Shown one piece after another: positions 44,509-52,842 of a stretch of DNA of 64,000 bases. The DNA comes from a virus (taxonomy: Duplodnaviria > Caudoviricetes), in the IMG/VR virus record IMGVR_UViG_3300031965_000014, positions 6,786 to 70,785 of that record; one strand, written 5' to 3'. The notes beneath the pieces were generated by a model that saw only the letters and a program-made list of their open reading frames with translations, did not search any database and was not told where the DNA came from. Numbering within the stretch: the stretch's first letter is position 1; every line of letters begins with the position of its first letter. The translations under genes and the position numbers were made by a program.

Positions 44509-44759
44509 CCAACCGCCGGCGCGGGCTGATGGACCAGGCGGTCTTCACGCTCGCCGCGCAGCGCCTCGGCATCACCGCGCGAAACAAGGGCTTCAACGCG
44601 GCCCGCAAGGTGATGTGCGAGGGAGCGTCCGTCCCGTCGGTCATACGCCTCCACCAAACCAATCGTCAAAATGTTCATGCGGCCATCAAGAGAATCGAGG
44701 GGGCCTACAGGGAGTTGGGCGTGTGCCCGTACTGCGGAGCACCGTTCAGGGAGGTCTAG
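44505..44759 (+). CDS. TrfB/KorA-like HTH regulator with C-terminal CPYC
   Basis: AARKVMCEG.S...V......NRQNVHAAIKRI resembles the KorA/TrfB HTH. Confidence 0.5.
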   Translation: MTNRRRGLMDQAVFTLAAQRLGITARNKGFNAARKVMCEGASVPSVIRLHQTNRQNVHAAIKRIEGAYRELGVCPYCGAPFREV

Positions 44760-45097
44760 CGCAACACCAGCTCGCCGCGGTACACCGCCTCCAGCATGGT
44801 CCGGGCCGCGAACTCCATTTGCAGACCGTGATTGGTCTCCCAGGTGACGTGGCCGCGGTGCAGCTCCATGTGGTCCGGCCTGCATAACGGCAGGGCGAGG
44901 AAGTCAGGCGTCCGAGTGCCGGTCCCCTTCAACCCGCCGCCAATGAGGTGGTGGGCGTCCACGCCACCGCCACGCCCGCAGATGCAGCACGGTAGCGTGC
45001 GCACCCACACGAGGTACGCCGGCGCCTCGAGCGGCTCGACCAGGCCGCGTTGAAGGGCCATCCAGAACGAGAGGCCAGGCGGGATCAGGAGGTCCAT
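44756..45097 (-). CDS. DUF968/Ref-like HNH-fold protein
   Basis: YLVWVRTLPCCICG..DAHH..PLC..DH.ELH. Confidence 0.7.
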   Translation of the reverse strand: MDLLIPPGLSFWMALQRGLVEPLEAPAYLVWVRTLPCCICGRGGGVDAHHLIGGGLKGTGTRTPDFLALPLCRPDHMELHRGHVTWETNHGLQMEFAARTMLEAVYRGELVLR

Positions 45098-45486
45098 CAG
45101 CGGAAGAGGTCCGCGATCGCCTTGCCGAGGCGCCGCGTGCCGTAGGCCGTCGTGGCGTGGTGCTTGGCGTCATAGTTGAGGTGGCAGCGCTGGCACCACG
45201 CGCGCAAGTTCTCGTCCGCACAGTTCTCCGGCGTGTGGTCCAAGTGGCCGATGGTCAGCACGATCAGCGTCACGGAGTCATCATCAGCAAGAGCCCATGA
45301 CTCGGCCAGCAGCCCGTCGTCGGTCAGTTCGCCGGTCACGTTGTTGCGCAACCAGCCGTTCGGCACACGGCAATCGGGAAACTTGGGCGAGCCCTCGCAG
45401 CGATTGCCGGCGCGCCCGAGGATGCGCGCGCGGATCTGCGGCCAGTCCTTCGGGTAGCGGTGGGCGTTCTCACGCTTTATCGGCAC
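45097..45486 (-). CDS. HNH-type nuclease
   Basis: YP.DW..IR..IL.RAGNRCE..LTIGHLDHTPENC..ENLRAWCQRCH. Confidence 0.75.
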   Translation of the reverse strand: MPIKRENAHRYPKDWPQIRARILGRAGNRCEGSPKFPDCRVPNGWLRNNVTGELTDDGLLAESWALADDDSVTLIVLTIGHLDHTPENCADENLRAWCQRCHLNYDAKHHATTAYGTRRLGKAIADLFR

Positions 45487-45676
45487 TCGCTACCTCGTCG
45501 ATGATGAGCTTCGTGTCGCCGCCGAGAATCTCGTGGCAGACCACGCGGTACTCAAGGAACCTGGCGATGACTCGCGCATCGAGCGCCGACACGCCCATGC
45601 AACGCAGGGCGTTGTAGCGGGCATCCTCGCGCTCCTGGTTGCGCACGCCCTTATCCGGCCGCACGTTCGCCTTCAT
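45470..45676 (-). CDS. Hypothetical protein (68 aa)
   Basis: Coupled in the operon. Confidence 0.5.
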   Translation of the reverse strand: MKANVRPDKGVRNQEREDARYNALRCMGVSALDARVIARFLEYRVVCHEILGGDTKLIIDEVASADKA

Positions 45677-45879
45677 ACGCGCTTGGCACCGCGATTCCTC
45701 GACGTCCCGCGCGTGCGCGGCCGCGGCGCGTTGCGAAGGAGCGCGCGCTGGCGCCGGATCTCGGCGGCCGCCTCGCCGTAGATCATGTCCGGGAACCTGC
45801 GAGCCAGGGCCTCGAGGCGCCCGAGGAGATCGAGGCCGCGCTCGTTGGGCGGGATGAAGAGCGCCGGGATCTGCTTCAT
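45673..45879 (-). CDS. Hypothetical protein (68 aa)
   Basis: ATGA-coupled start at 45879. Confidence 0.5.
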   Translation of the reverse strand: MKQIPALFIPPNERGLDLLGRLEALARRFPDMIYGEAAAEIRRQRALLRNAPRPRTRGTSRNRGAKRV

Positions 45880-46064
45880 TTCTTCTCGAACTCCTTGCAA
45901 AGCACGGGCCGCGTGGTGGGCACCATGATCCTGTGGACGAGGCAGTAGGCGACCTGCTTCTCGGGCTTCTTGTCGCCGGCGTGGCTGCACGAACCGCACA
46001 GCGCGGACAGTTCGCGGTTCTGTTCGATCTCTTCCGCTCTGAGCAGGAAGCGCGGGCGCTCCAT
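45876..46064 (-). CDS. Small Cys-rich protein
   Basis: CGSC.H..C..H..C. Confidence 0.55.
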   Translation of the reverse strand: MERPRFLLRAEEIEQNRELSALCGSCSHAGDKKPEKQVAYCLVHRIMVPTTRPVLCKEFEKK

Positions 46065-46837
46065 CAGAACGGCACCTCGCCGTCAGCTGCCGGCGCCCGC
46101 GCCACCTCTTGTCGTTCCTGCTCACGGCGGTCGAGCTCCGCCTTGGCGCAAAAGCGCACGTCCTCGCGGTCGTAGATCTTGCGGAGGATCCAGAGCAGAA
46201 AACCCTCGTCCACCTCGGCCCACGGCTTGCCGCGCCACTCGCCAATAGGGCAGCGCGGCAGCATGGCGGGCTCGGTGGTCCACTTGAGCATGTCCTCCAC
46301 GCTCACCTTCACGTGGAGCAGCAGGTCGTTGAGGATCTGCGTGGTCACCTGCGCGTCGTGCAGCGCGCTGTGCGGGGCCTGGTGGCACTTGCGCCCTGTG
46401 CCGTAGCCCAGGTAGTACCGGAGCGTCTCGTTGTTGTGCGCCGGGGCCTCCGGCCACACGCGAAGCGCCGCCTTGTACGTGCACAGCCAGCGCAGGCCCG
46501 GCAGCTGCGGCAGCTCGCGCTCGAGCAGCGTCTTCTCGTAGGCGGCGTTATGCGCGACCGCGATCACGCCCTCGGGCGCAAGCAGATCGAAGAGCTTGAA
46601 GCCCTCCTCGTGCCAGTGAGGCGCCTCGGCGACGTCGCTGTCGGTGATCTGGTGTATGGCCGAGGTTTCGGGCGGGATCTGGATCGGCGGCCGCACGAGC
46701 CCGCCGTGGCACTCCATCCGCCTGCCGGTCCCGAACCACTCTGGCTCGATGCGCACGGCAGCCCATTCGACGATGTGCGCGTCGGCTGGCTCGCGGCTGG
46801 TGGCTTCAAGATCGACGACGACGAAGACTGTGCTCAT
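46064..46837 (-). CDS. exoX: DEDDh 3'-5' exonuclease, ExoX-like
   Basis: VVVDLEAT, AVAHNAAYE, HSALHDA motifs; C-terminal G.W.G.PW..V..G.L.W.L. Confidence 0.75.
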   Translation of the reverse strand: MSTVFVVVDLEATSREPADAHIVEWAAVRIEPEWFGTGRRMECHGGLVRPPIQIPPETSAIHQITDSDVAEAPHWHEEGFKLFDLLAPEGVIAVAHNAAYEKTLLERELPQLPGLRWLCTYKAALRVWPEAPAHNNETLRYYLGYGTGRKCHQAPHSALHDAQVTTQILNDLLLHVKVSVEDMLKWTTEPAMLPRCPIGEWRGKPWAEVDEGFLLWILRKIYDREDVRFCAKAELDRREQERQEVARAPAADGEVPF

Positions 46838-46838
46838 T

Positions 46839-47228
46839 TCATGCGGCCCTCACGGAAAGCGGATTGACGCGGCGCTCGAAGAACCCATCGCGGTCCGGGT
46901 GCATCAGGATGTAGAGCCGCGACAAATCCGGCACGACGTTGTTGTTCAACTTGAACTCGTACTCGTTGGGACCTTCCTTGACGACGGTCTCGTGGCGCAG
47001 GTACTCGTAGATCGTCCTGGCGCTGTAATGGCGCCGGCCCATGTTCCAGATCCGGTCGGCCTCGAACTCGAAGGCGACCCACACGTGCCAGTTCGTGATG
47101 AGCCAGTCCATGAAGTCGCGGCGGAAGTAGCGCTGCTCGGCCACGACGACGTGGAAGGCATAACGCTTGCGATAGATCGCGCTGAGCCAGCCCTGCGGCG
47201 CGCCGTAGAGGGCGAGCGGCTCGCTCAC
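46839..47228 (-). CDS. Hypothetical protein (R.HYSARTI.E.LR..FKLNNN type)
   Basis: GTG start overlapping the upstream stop. Confidence 0.6.
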   Translation of the reverse strand: MSEPLALYGAPQGWLSAIYRKRYAFHVVVAEQRYFRRDFMDWLITNWHVWVAFEFEADRIWNMGRRHYSARTIYEYLRHETVVKEGPNEYEFKLNNNVVPDLSRLYILMHPDRDGFFERRVNPLSVRAA

Positions 47229-47479
47229 GCGGTCACCTCGTCGCACTCATCAATGGACTGCTCCTCTGACGGCGGCTCGACCTTGCGCAACCAAGAGAGC
47301 GGTACAACGCCGCGGTTCTGAACGGTGATCTGGCCGTGCAGGCAGTTCGCCTTATGTCGGCAATCACCGCAGATCGTGTGCGACTGCGTTATTGCCTCCA
47401 GCTCGCCAACCCAGCCGAGGTGTTTGCGGCCCTCGGGGCAGCACGCCCACACCAGCATCACCATGTCGCCGGGCTTCAC
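47225..47479 (-). CDS. Small Cys-containing hypothetical protein
   Basis: GTG start, coupled. Confidence 0.5.
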   Translation of the reverse strand: MKPGDMVMLVWACCPEGRKHLGWVGELEAITQSHTICGDCRHKANCLHGQITVQNRGVVPLSWLRKVEPPSEEQSIDECDEVTA

Positions 47480-47928
47480 GCTGCCGCCCATGGCGGTGGC
47501 GGACGACCCTGCAGCCTCCCGCCTGGCCTGCTGTTCAGGTAACCCTTGATGGCGAGGATGGCTTCCTCGGCGCACCACGCGACGACGACGTGGTAGCCCA
47601 TCGTGCGCAGGTAAAAGATGAACTCGGCCTGCTCCGGGCTCGGCACGTTGGGCTTACGCTTCATCTCGATGAAGAGCCCCGGGCAGAGCGCGCCGCGGTC
47701 CACGTAGACCACGGCGAGCATCAGGTCCGGCACGCCAGGGCGCACGCCCTCGGCCTTCATCTTCCCGGCCTGACCCTTCTGCGCGCCGGCGCCCGCGTTC
47801 GGGATGGCGAAGAGCGCATGCGGCGGGAGATCCCACTTCTTGCACTGCCAATTCCACCAGTCCACGACGCAAACCTGCGATTCATGCTCGGAGGGCTTGC
47901 GCGGGCTCGAGGTGGTCTTCGCCCTCAT
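47476..47928 (-). CDS. VRR-NUC domain nuclease
   Basis: SEH..Q..AIPNAG..MKAEGVRPGVPDL..LFIEMKR..SPEQ. Confidence 0.85.
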   Translation of the reverse strand: MRAKTTSSPRKPSEHESQVCVVDWWNWQCKKWDLPPHALFAIPNAGAGAQKGQAGKMKAEGVRPGVPDLMLAVVYVDRGALCPGLFIEMKRKPNVPSPEQAEFIFYLRTMGYHVVVAWCAEEAILAIKGYLNSRPGGRLQGRPPPPWAAA

Positions 47929-48434
47929 TCTTCGCTTTCAGCACCAGCGGCGCGCGCGTACTCGCGCGGGAGCATCCCGTCCAAGCCGTGGCGCTGCGCC
48001 CAATCCAGCACCACCGGCGGCGAGATCGCGCCCATGCCCTCGCCGCCCAACTGGCGCGCGAGCGACAGGCCCCACGGCGACTGCCCGGTCGAGCCCTTGC
48101 TGCCGTCGGCCTTGCCGATCGCGCGCTGCACCGCCGGCGCGTTGAAGAAACCGTGCTGGTAGAGGATCTGCGCCTGGTCCGAGTACGGCTTCTCGGGCGT
48201 CGGGCCTTTCTTTCGCAGGCTCGCTCCGTCGGCGTCCTTCAGCATGTGCAACGTGACCAGCACCTCGCAGTCGTGGTAGCGGCTCGAGCCGAGCATCAGG
48301 GCGAGGTCCGAGTCGGGCGATTCCGAAGGAACGAAGAACTCGATAACGTTGCCTGAGACAAGCAGTTTCGGCTTCCTGATGTAGGCTCTGAGCGCACCGA
48401 CGAGTTCGTAGGCGGCAAGCTCGGCCTCATCCAT
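47925..48434 (-). CDS. Hypothetical protein (GFFNAP.V..AIG type)
   Basis: 169 aa, coupled. Confidence 0.55.
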   Translation of the reverse strand: MDEAELAAYELVGALRAYIRKPKLLVSGNVIEFFVPSESPDSDLALMLGSSRYHDCEVLVTLHMLKDADGASLRKKGPTPEKPYSDQAQILYQHGFFNAPAVQRAIGKADGSKGSTGQSPWGLSLARQLGGEGMGAISPPVVLDWAQRHGLDGMLPREYARAAGAESEE

Positions 48435-49317
48435 CGAAGAACTCCGCCTGCGCGCGGCCGCGCTTCATCGCCTCGACGGCCGCCTTGTTCAACCACACGA
48501 CTTCGGTGCGCCACTGTCCCGCGTCGGCCATCGCCTCGCGCTCGTGGCGCTGCCAATCCGGGTAGAGCTCGAGGTCGTAGAGCTCGCAGCCGTAGCCCGA
48601 GAGCACCACCATGCCCTTCACGCAGTGGAGCACTTCGGCCAGGCCACGGTGATCGTCGTCCAGCATGTCGCAGGCGTAGGCGCGCTCGACGTCGCCGGCG
48701 CAGCGGATCGACGAGCGCGTGCTCTGCGGATACGGCGGGTCAACGTAGAACAGGGTCTCGTCGGAATCCTGCTGCAGGATGACCTCGAGCGCCGGGCGGT
48801 GCTCGATCGTCACGCCGCGCAGCCGCTCGATGAAGGACTCGACCTGCGCCGGCCAGGCGGTCCAGTCCTGGGCGCCGGTCTGGTTGCGCCGGTACGCCTT
48901 CGCCCGAAAGCCGGACCGGCCGATACGCCTGGACGTCGACCCGTAGGCCATGTAGCCGCGCGCGATCGTGCGCCGCGCCTGCTCGACCGGGTCGTCCGAG
49001 GGCTCGTAGGCGAGCATGAATTCGTCCCGCGCCCACGGCGTGAGGTAGCACAGCTCCGCCAGGCGCCGCGCGCGCACCGGGTCGCGGAGGATCCGAAAAA
49101 TATTTACGACCTCTCCATCAAGGTCGTTAATCACTTCCGCGAAGCTCTTTGGCTTACGCATCAGCACGGAGGCCGCCCCGCAATACGGTTCGACATATAT
49201 GCGGTGCTCTCCGAAAAAACTGATGATCCACGGGGCAAGACGAAATTTGCCTCCATGAAATCTCAGCACCGGCCGCCGCGGCGGCGGTGGGGCGCATTCG
49301 GCGGCCTCCACGGTCAT
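48427..49317 (-). CDS. dam: DNA adenine methyltransferase (Dam/D12 class, 296 aa)
   Basis: RFHGGK..YVEPYCGAASV..NDLD..FYVDPPY; true start MTVEAAE at 49317. Confidence 0.9.
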   Translation of the reverse strand: MTVEAAECAPPPPRRPVLRFHGGKFRLAPWIISFFGEHRIYVEPYCGAASVLMRKPKSFAEVINDLDGEVVNIFRILRDPVRARRLAELCYLTPWARDEFMLAYEPSDDPVEQARRTIARGYMAYGSTSRRIGRSGFRAKAYRRNQTGAQDWTAWPAQVESFIERLRGVTIEHRPALEVILQQDSDETLFYVDPPYPQSTRSSIRCAGDVERAYACDMLDDDHRGLAEVLHCVKGMVVLSGYGCELYDLELYPDWQRHEREAMADAGQWRTEVVWLNKAAVEAMKRGRAQAEFFDG

Positions 49318-49502
49318 CGCTGGCGCGCCTCCGCCTTGAGCTTCATCACCCTCCTGAGAAGCTGCTTGTTGTCGCTCTCGAGGTAGGCGTTGCGGCGCTT
49401 GAGCGCGTCGTGCGCGGCGCGCAGGCGCTCGACGTACTCGGTGGTCAGCGACACCGCTTCCGGGGCGATGGCGCGCGCCAGGCGCTCGCGCAGGCCGCTC
49501 AC
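49314..49502 (-). CDS. Small coiled-coil protein
   Basis: Coupled at both ends. Confidence 0.55.
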   Translation of the reverse strand: MSGLRERLARAIAPEAVSLTTEYVERLRAAHDALKRRNAYLESDNKQLLRRVMKLKAEARQR

Positions 49503-49687
49503 GATGGCACCATGCAGCGCTTGAGATCGTCGGCTGGCTCGCGCGCCTCAATGACGCGACCATCGAACAGGTGCACGATCGAGCGCACGCCATGCCATTG
49601 AGAGGACGGGCCCGCCTCGGTGATGGTGGCGATCGCGGCATCGTTGACGTGCACCTTGCGGCCGTCGATCTCGGTCACTGTGATCAT
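49499..49687 (-). CDS. FlbD-like small protein (62 aa)
   Basis: MITVTEIDG....VN...I..I.E; TGATG overlap with the replication gene. Confidence 0.5.
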   Translation of the reverse strand: MITVTEIDGRKVHVNDAAIATITEAGPSSQWHGVRSIVHLFDGRVIEAREPADDLKRCMVPS

Positions 49688-50676
49688 CACGAGGGCCTCG
49701 GGGGGGTGGACTGTCGGCTGCGCACCTGCTGCACCGCGTTGTAGAGCGTGATCTCGCGCTCGTCCGGCAGCCACGGCCCGTCGCCTGCCGCGACGAGGAC
49801 CCGCGCCCGGTACGTCAGCCACTCGGACGCCCCGGCCGCCGGCGCCGGGATCTTGAGCTCCTCGCCCTTCATGCGCATGCCCTCGTCGGACTTCCACCAC
49901 TGGTCCGGCACGGCCGAGCGCTGGGGCTTGGCGGGCGGCGCCGCGGCGAGCATCTTCGCCTCGAGCTGCGTCCACTTCTCGCGCAACGTGCCGGGCGAGA
50001 GGATATTCGTGCGCCAGAAGGAGTCGTGGTTCGCCCACTCGAACACGGTCCAGATCTGCTCGTGGGTGTGCTCGTCGTGCTCGCGCATCAGCCGGATCGC
50101 GTTCGCCCAAGCCGCATAGCTCGGCTCCTTGGCCGATGGTGCGACGAGCTTCACGGCCTCGAACATCCTCTTGGCGAGGGCTTCGTCCTCCGCGGTGTAG
50201 ACGAGCTTCGGATTCTTGCCGCTGGTCGCCACGTCCGCGCGCTTGCGCGTCGGACGAGAAGGTTTTCTCGAGGAATCAGGAATCAGTAACAAGGAATCAG
50301 CCGGGCTAGCGCCGATTTTTTCAGTGCTGGACTCGTGCTCTGCACTGTTTAAGACTGGTGCAGGTATGGTGCTGGCAACCTCATTGACGTGAGGATTCTG
50401 GTGCTTGTCCCATGCTAGAACCTGTATGTACTGGTGCCCGTCTGATTCGTATCTGAGAATGAACTTGTGCTTGTGCAGATCAGTAAGTAGCTGATCTGCA
50501 TCGCAATCGTCGTATGGGAGGACCTCCGCCTTTATCCTCTTCGGACGATCTTGCAGCCGGCCATCACGGTCGGCGATCGTCCATAGGCCGGCGAACAAGA
50601 TGCGCCCGAGCGGGTCGATATCCGCCAGAGTCTCGTTTCTGAAGAAGCCTGGCTTGATGTTGCGAGAGCGGGCCAT
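49687..50676 (-). CDS. Replication initiator (lambda O-like replisome organiser)
   Basis: MARSRNIKPGFF.NE.LA..RILF.GLWT.ADR.GRL; second helical domain WANAIRLMRE.D..W..NILSPG.LR.KW. Confidence 0.8.
   Translation of the reverse strand: MARSRNIKPGFFRNETLADIDPLGRILFAGLWTIADRDGRLQDRPKRIKAEVLPYDDCDADQLLTDLHKHKFILRYESDGHQYIQVLAWDKHQNPHVNEVASTIPAPVLNSAEHESSTEKIGASPADSLLLIPDSSRKPSRPTRKRADVATSGKNPKLVYTAEDEALAKRMFEAVKLVAPSAKEPSYAAWANAIRLMREHDEHTHEQIWTVFEWANHDSFWRTNILSPGTLREKWTQLEAKMLAAAPPAKPQRSAVPDQWWKSDEGMRMKGEELKIPAPAAGASEWLTYRARVLVAAGDGPWLPDEREITLYNAVQQVRSRQSTPPRPS
50271..50300. repeat. GGAATCAG x3 within the replication gene (candidate iterons/ori)
   Basis: Copies at 50272, 50279 and 50293, next to an AT-richer stretch. 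Confidence 0.45.
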
Positions 50677-50695
50677 CTAGGCAGATTTGCGCGCT

Positions 50696-50899
50696 CTACC
50701 GGACCTTGTCGCTTCCTACCGCGCGCGCCAACCGCTCCGCTAGTACCTTGATCGCGTGCCCCTTGCCAAGCAGCGCTTCGGTCAGCACCTCGCGCGCCTC
50801 CTCGCCAAGGTCGTGGTCCTTCGCGTCCGCGAGCATCGCGAGCGCCTCGTAGGCGTCGCGTGGAAGTCGTACCTGCACGGTCTTGAGGTCGAGGCTCAT
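50696..50899 (-). CDS. Ribbon-helix-helix-like regulator (CII position)
   Basis: KTVQVRLPRDAYEAL..LA; located between cro and the replication gene. Confidence 0.6.
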   Translation of the reverse strand: MSLDLKTVQVRLPRDAYEALAMLADAKDHDLGEEAREVLTEALLGKGHAIKVLAERLARAVGSDKVR

Positions 50900-50902
50900 G
50901 GT

Positions 50903-51133
50903 CTATGCCTCCGGCTGGAAGGAGCGGTAGCGCCTGGGGAAAAGTACGTGCATCTCGTTGAGTCCCCTGCGCCTGAAGATCCTGGCGAGCTTGGCGGCCA
51001 CCTCTGCGCTGCAACCCCAGCGACCGAGCTCGATGCGCGCGTAGTGCGATTGGTCGATCCGGGCCCGTGCTGCTACTTCGTCCTGGGTCAGACGGCTCAC
51101 TTCCCGGGCCTTGCGGAGGGGGGTCTTGGGCAT
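50903..51133 (-). CDS. cro: Cro-like HTH repressor
   Basis: LRKAREVSRLTQDEVAARARIDQSHYARIELG; divergent from cI. Confidence 0.8.
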   Translation of the reverse strand: MPKTPLRKAREVSRLTQDEVAARARIDQSHYARIELGRWGCSAEVAAKLARIFRRRGLNEMHVLFPRRYRSFQPEA

Positions 51134-51153
51134 TTTTCTGCTGATTTGGCCGG

Positions 51154-51206
51154 ATTATGCGTATAGATCATTCTTTCGGTCAAGCGAACTATGCGCCTAC
51201 CTCCTT
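51154..51206 (-). promoter_or_regulatory. cro promoter with two operators (51156-51172, 51190-51206)
   Basis: Minus strand TTGACC-N18-CATAAT; operators TATGCGTATAGATCATT and TATGCGCCTACCTCCTT. Confidence 0.7.
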
Positions 51207-51240
51207 TGGCTTGCAGTCCGGCCTTAGAGAGAATCCCGGG

Positions 51241-51633
51241 ATGGCCTACGAGATCTTCAGGACCCGGCTGGGGGCCGCCATTCGGCACCGGCGCAAAGAG
51301 CGCGGGCTGACGCAGGTGCAACTCGCCGAGAAGATTGGGATCGACCAGGCGAACATCACCCGTCTCGAGCGCGGCAAGCAAGGGTTTGATTCGGAGACGA
51401 TCTTCAACGTCGCCGCGGCCCTCGGCTGCACGCTCACCGAGATCTTCGCCGAGGTCGAAAACGTCCGGGCCACGAACCCACCGAAGGACGCCCTCGCCGT
51501 CGCGCTCGCCTGGCAGTGCTTGCCCAAGGGTATGCGGGAGGAGTATAGGCGGCGCCTGCAGCTCCTCGCCGAGGCTCACGCTCACGAGCTCCCGGGCGAC
51601 GCACCGCACAAACACGCCCGGCTGCGGTCCTAA
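51241..51633 (+). CDS. cI: CI-like XRE repressor without a peptidase domain (130 aa)
   Basis: IRHRRKERGLTQVQLAEKIGIDQANITRLERG; probably leaderless from TTGGCT-N17-GAGAAT. Confidence 0.8.
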   Translation: MAYEIFRTRLGAAIRHRRKERGLTQVQLAEKIGIDQANITRLERGKQGFDSETIFNVAAALGCTLTEIFAEVENVRATNPPKDALAVALAWQCLPKGMREEYRRRLQLLAEAHAHELPGDAPHKHARLRS

Positions 51634-51663
51634 GAGCCCTCGTTTCACCGATTTTGCTCACGT

Positions 51664-51704
51664 TATGCTCTTGACGCATGCGTCGGATATGAGTATGGTG
51701 CATT
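51664..51704 (+). promoter_or_regulatory. Rightward sigma70 promoter with two operators
   Basis: TTGACG-N17-TATGGT; TATGCTCTTGACGCATG (51664-51680) and TATGAGTATGGTGCATT (51688-51704). Confidence 0.7.
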
Positions 51705-51708
51705 TCTC

Positions 51709-51990
51709 GTGCATGCCGTCTTCAGAATTCGAGTCAATAGCCAGCGGGACCGGGACCGGGTCCTGCCGCGCCTGTTTCGCAATGCCCTGAACTGCACGAT
51801 CGCCGTCTTCTACCCGCCGCGGGCGGGCAAGCTCGTCTACGTCGCACCCACCCACCAGCACTACTACCAGCGCATCGCCATGCAGGACCCCGACCGAATC
51901 ATCGGGGTCTACCGCAACACCGGCGACCCGGTAGCCCTTCTCGAAGCTCTCATGGAGGACTTGCGCGATGCCGCAGCCCGGTTGGCTTGA
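51709..51990 (+). CDS. Hypothetical protein (start uncertain)
   Basis: GC3-rich body that overlaps the next gene. Confidence 0.5.
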   Translation: MHAVFRIRVNSQRDRDRVLPRLFRNALNCTIAVFYPPRAGKLVYVAPTHQHYYQRIAMQDPDRIIGVYRNTGDPVALLEALMEDLRDAAARLA

Positions 51991-52831
51991 AGTGCACGTT
52001 CGCGCGTCCAGCATCAAGGACGCCCTCGATTGCGCCATGCGCTACGAAGCGAAGAACCTCCTCGGCATCCGCATGCCGAGCGCCGGCATCGCCCACCTGG
52101 GCACGGCGATCCACGCCGGCGCCGCGATCTACGACCAGTCCGTGATCGACGGCAAGCCCGTCTCCCACGACGAGGCGGTAGGCCGGTTCGTGGACACGCT
52201 GCACTTGGACCGCAACCCGGAGGAGCCGACCGATGACGGAGTCGCCTGGGACGAGGACATGCCGCGCGCCGAGGCCGAAGAGGTCGGCACCAAGGGCATC
52301 ATCAACTACATCGAGGACATCGGCTCGAAGCGCCGCTACAAGGCGGTCGAGGCGAAGCTCGAGAAGTTCCCGGTCTCCTTCCCGGACCAGCAGGTCACGA
52401 TCATCCTCACCGGCAAGACCGACCGCATTCGCGCGGTCGAGCGACAGGTTTTCGCCGGCGGCATCGGGCACGGCATCACCGACATCAAATCTGGCAAGAC
52501 ACGGGTCTCGAAGGGCGAGAAGCGCGTCAACGTGAACGCCGAGAAAGCGCAGCTCGCCGTTTACGAACTGATCGCCGAGAAAGGTACTGGTATCCCCATA
52601 ACGGCGCCGGCGGAAATCGCCGGGATCTCGACCGCCAAGCACGCGAGCGTGGCCACCATCGAAGTGCACGGCACGCGCCAGGCCCTCGTGGGCACCGGCG
52701 AGACCCCGGGCGTGCTCGACTTCCTCGCGAGAATGCTGCGCAGCGGGACGTTCCCACCCAACCCATCATCGCATCTTTGTAGCCGCCGTTTTTGCCCTCT
52801 GTGGGAAAACCACTGCCCATATCGAGACTAG
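51968..52831 (+). CDS. PD-(D/E)XK (RecB/Cas4-like) exonuclease
   Basis: RASSI....DC..GTAIH..GKTD..TDIKSG..QLAVY..C...FCP.W..C. Confidence 0.8.
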   Translation: MPQPGWLEVHVRASSIKDALDCAMRYEAKNLLGIRMPSAGIAHLGTAIHAGAAIYDQSVIDGKPVSHDEAVGRFVDTLHLDRNPEEPTDDGVAWDEDMPRAEAEEVGTKGIINYIEDIGSKRRYKAVEAKLEKFPVSFPDQQVTIILTGKTDRIRAVERQVFAGGIGHGITDIKSGKTRVSKGEKRVNVNAEKAQLAVYELIAEKGTGIPITAPAEIAGISTAKHASVATIEVHGTRQALVGTGETPGVLDFLARMLRSGTFPPNPSSHLCSRRFCPLWENHCPYRD

Positions 52832-52842
52832 GAGATCCTGAC

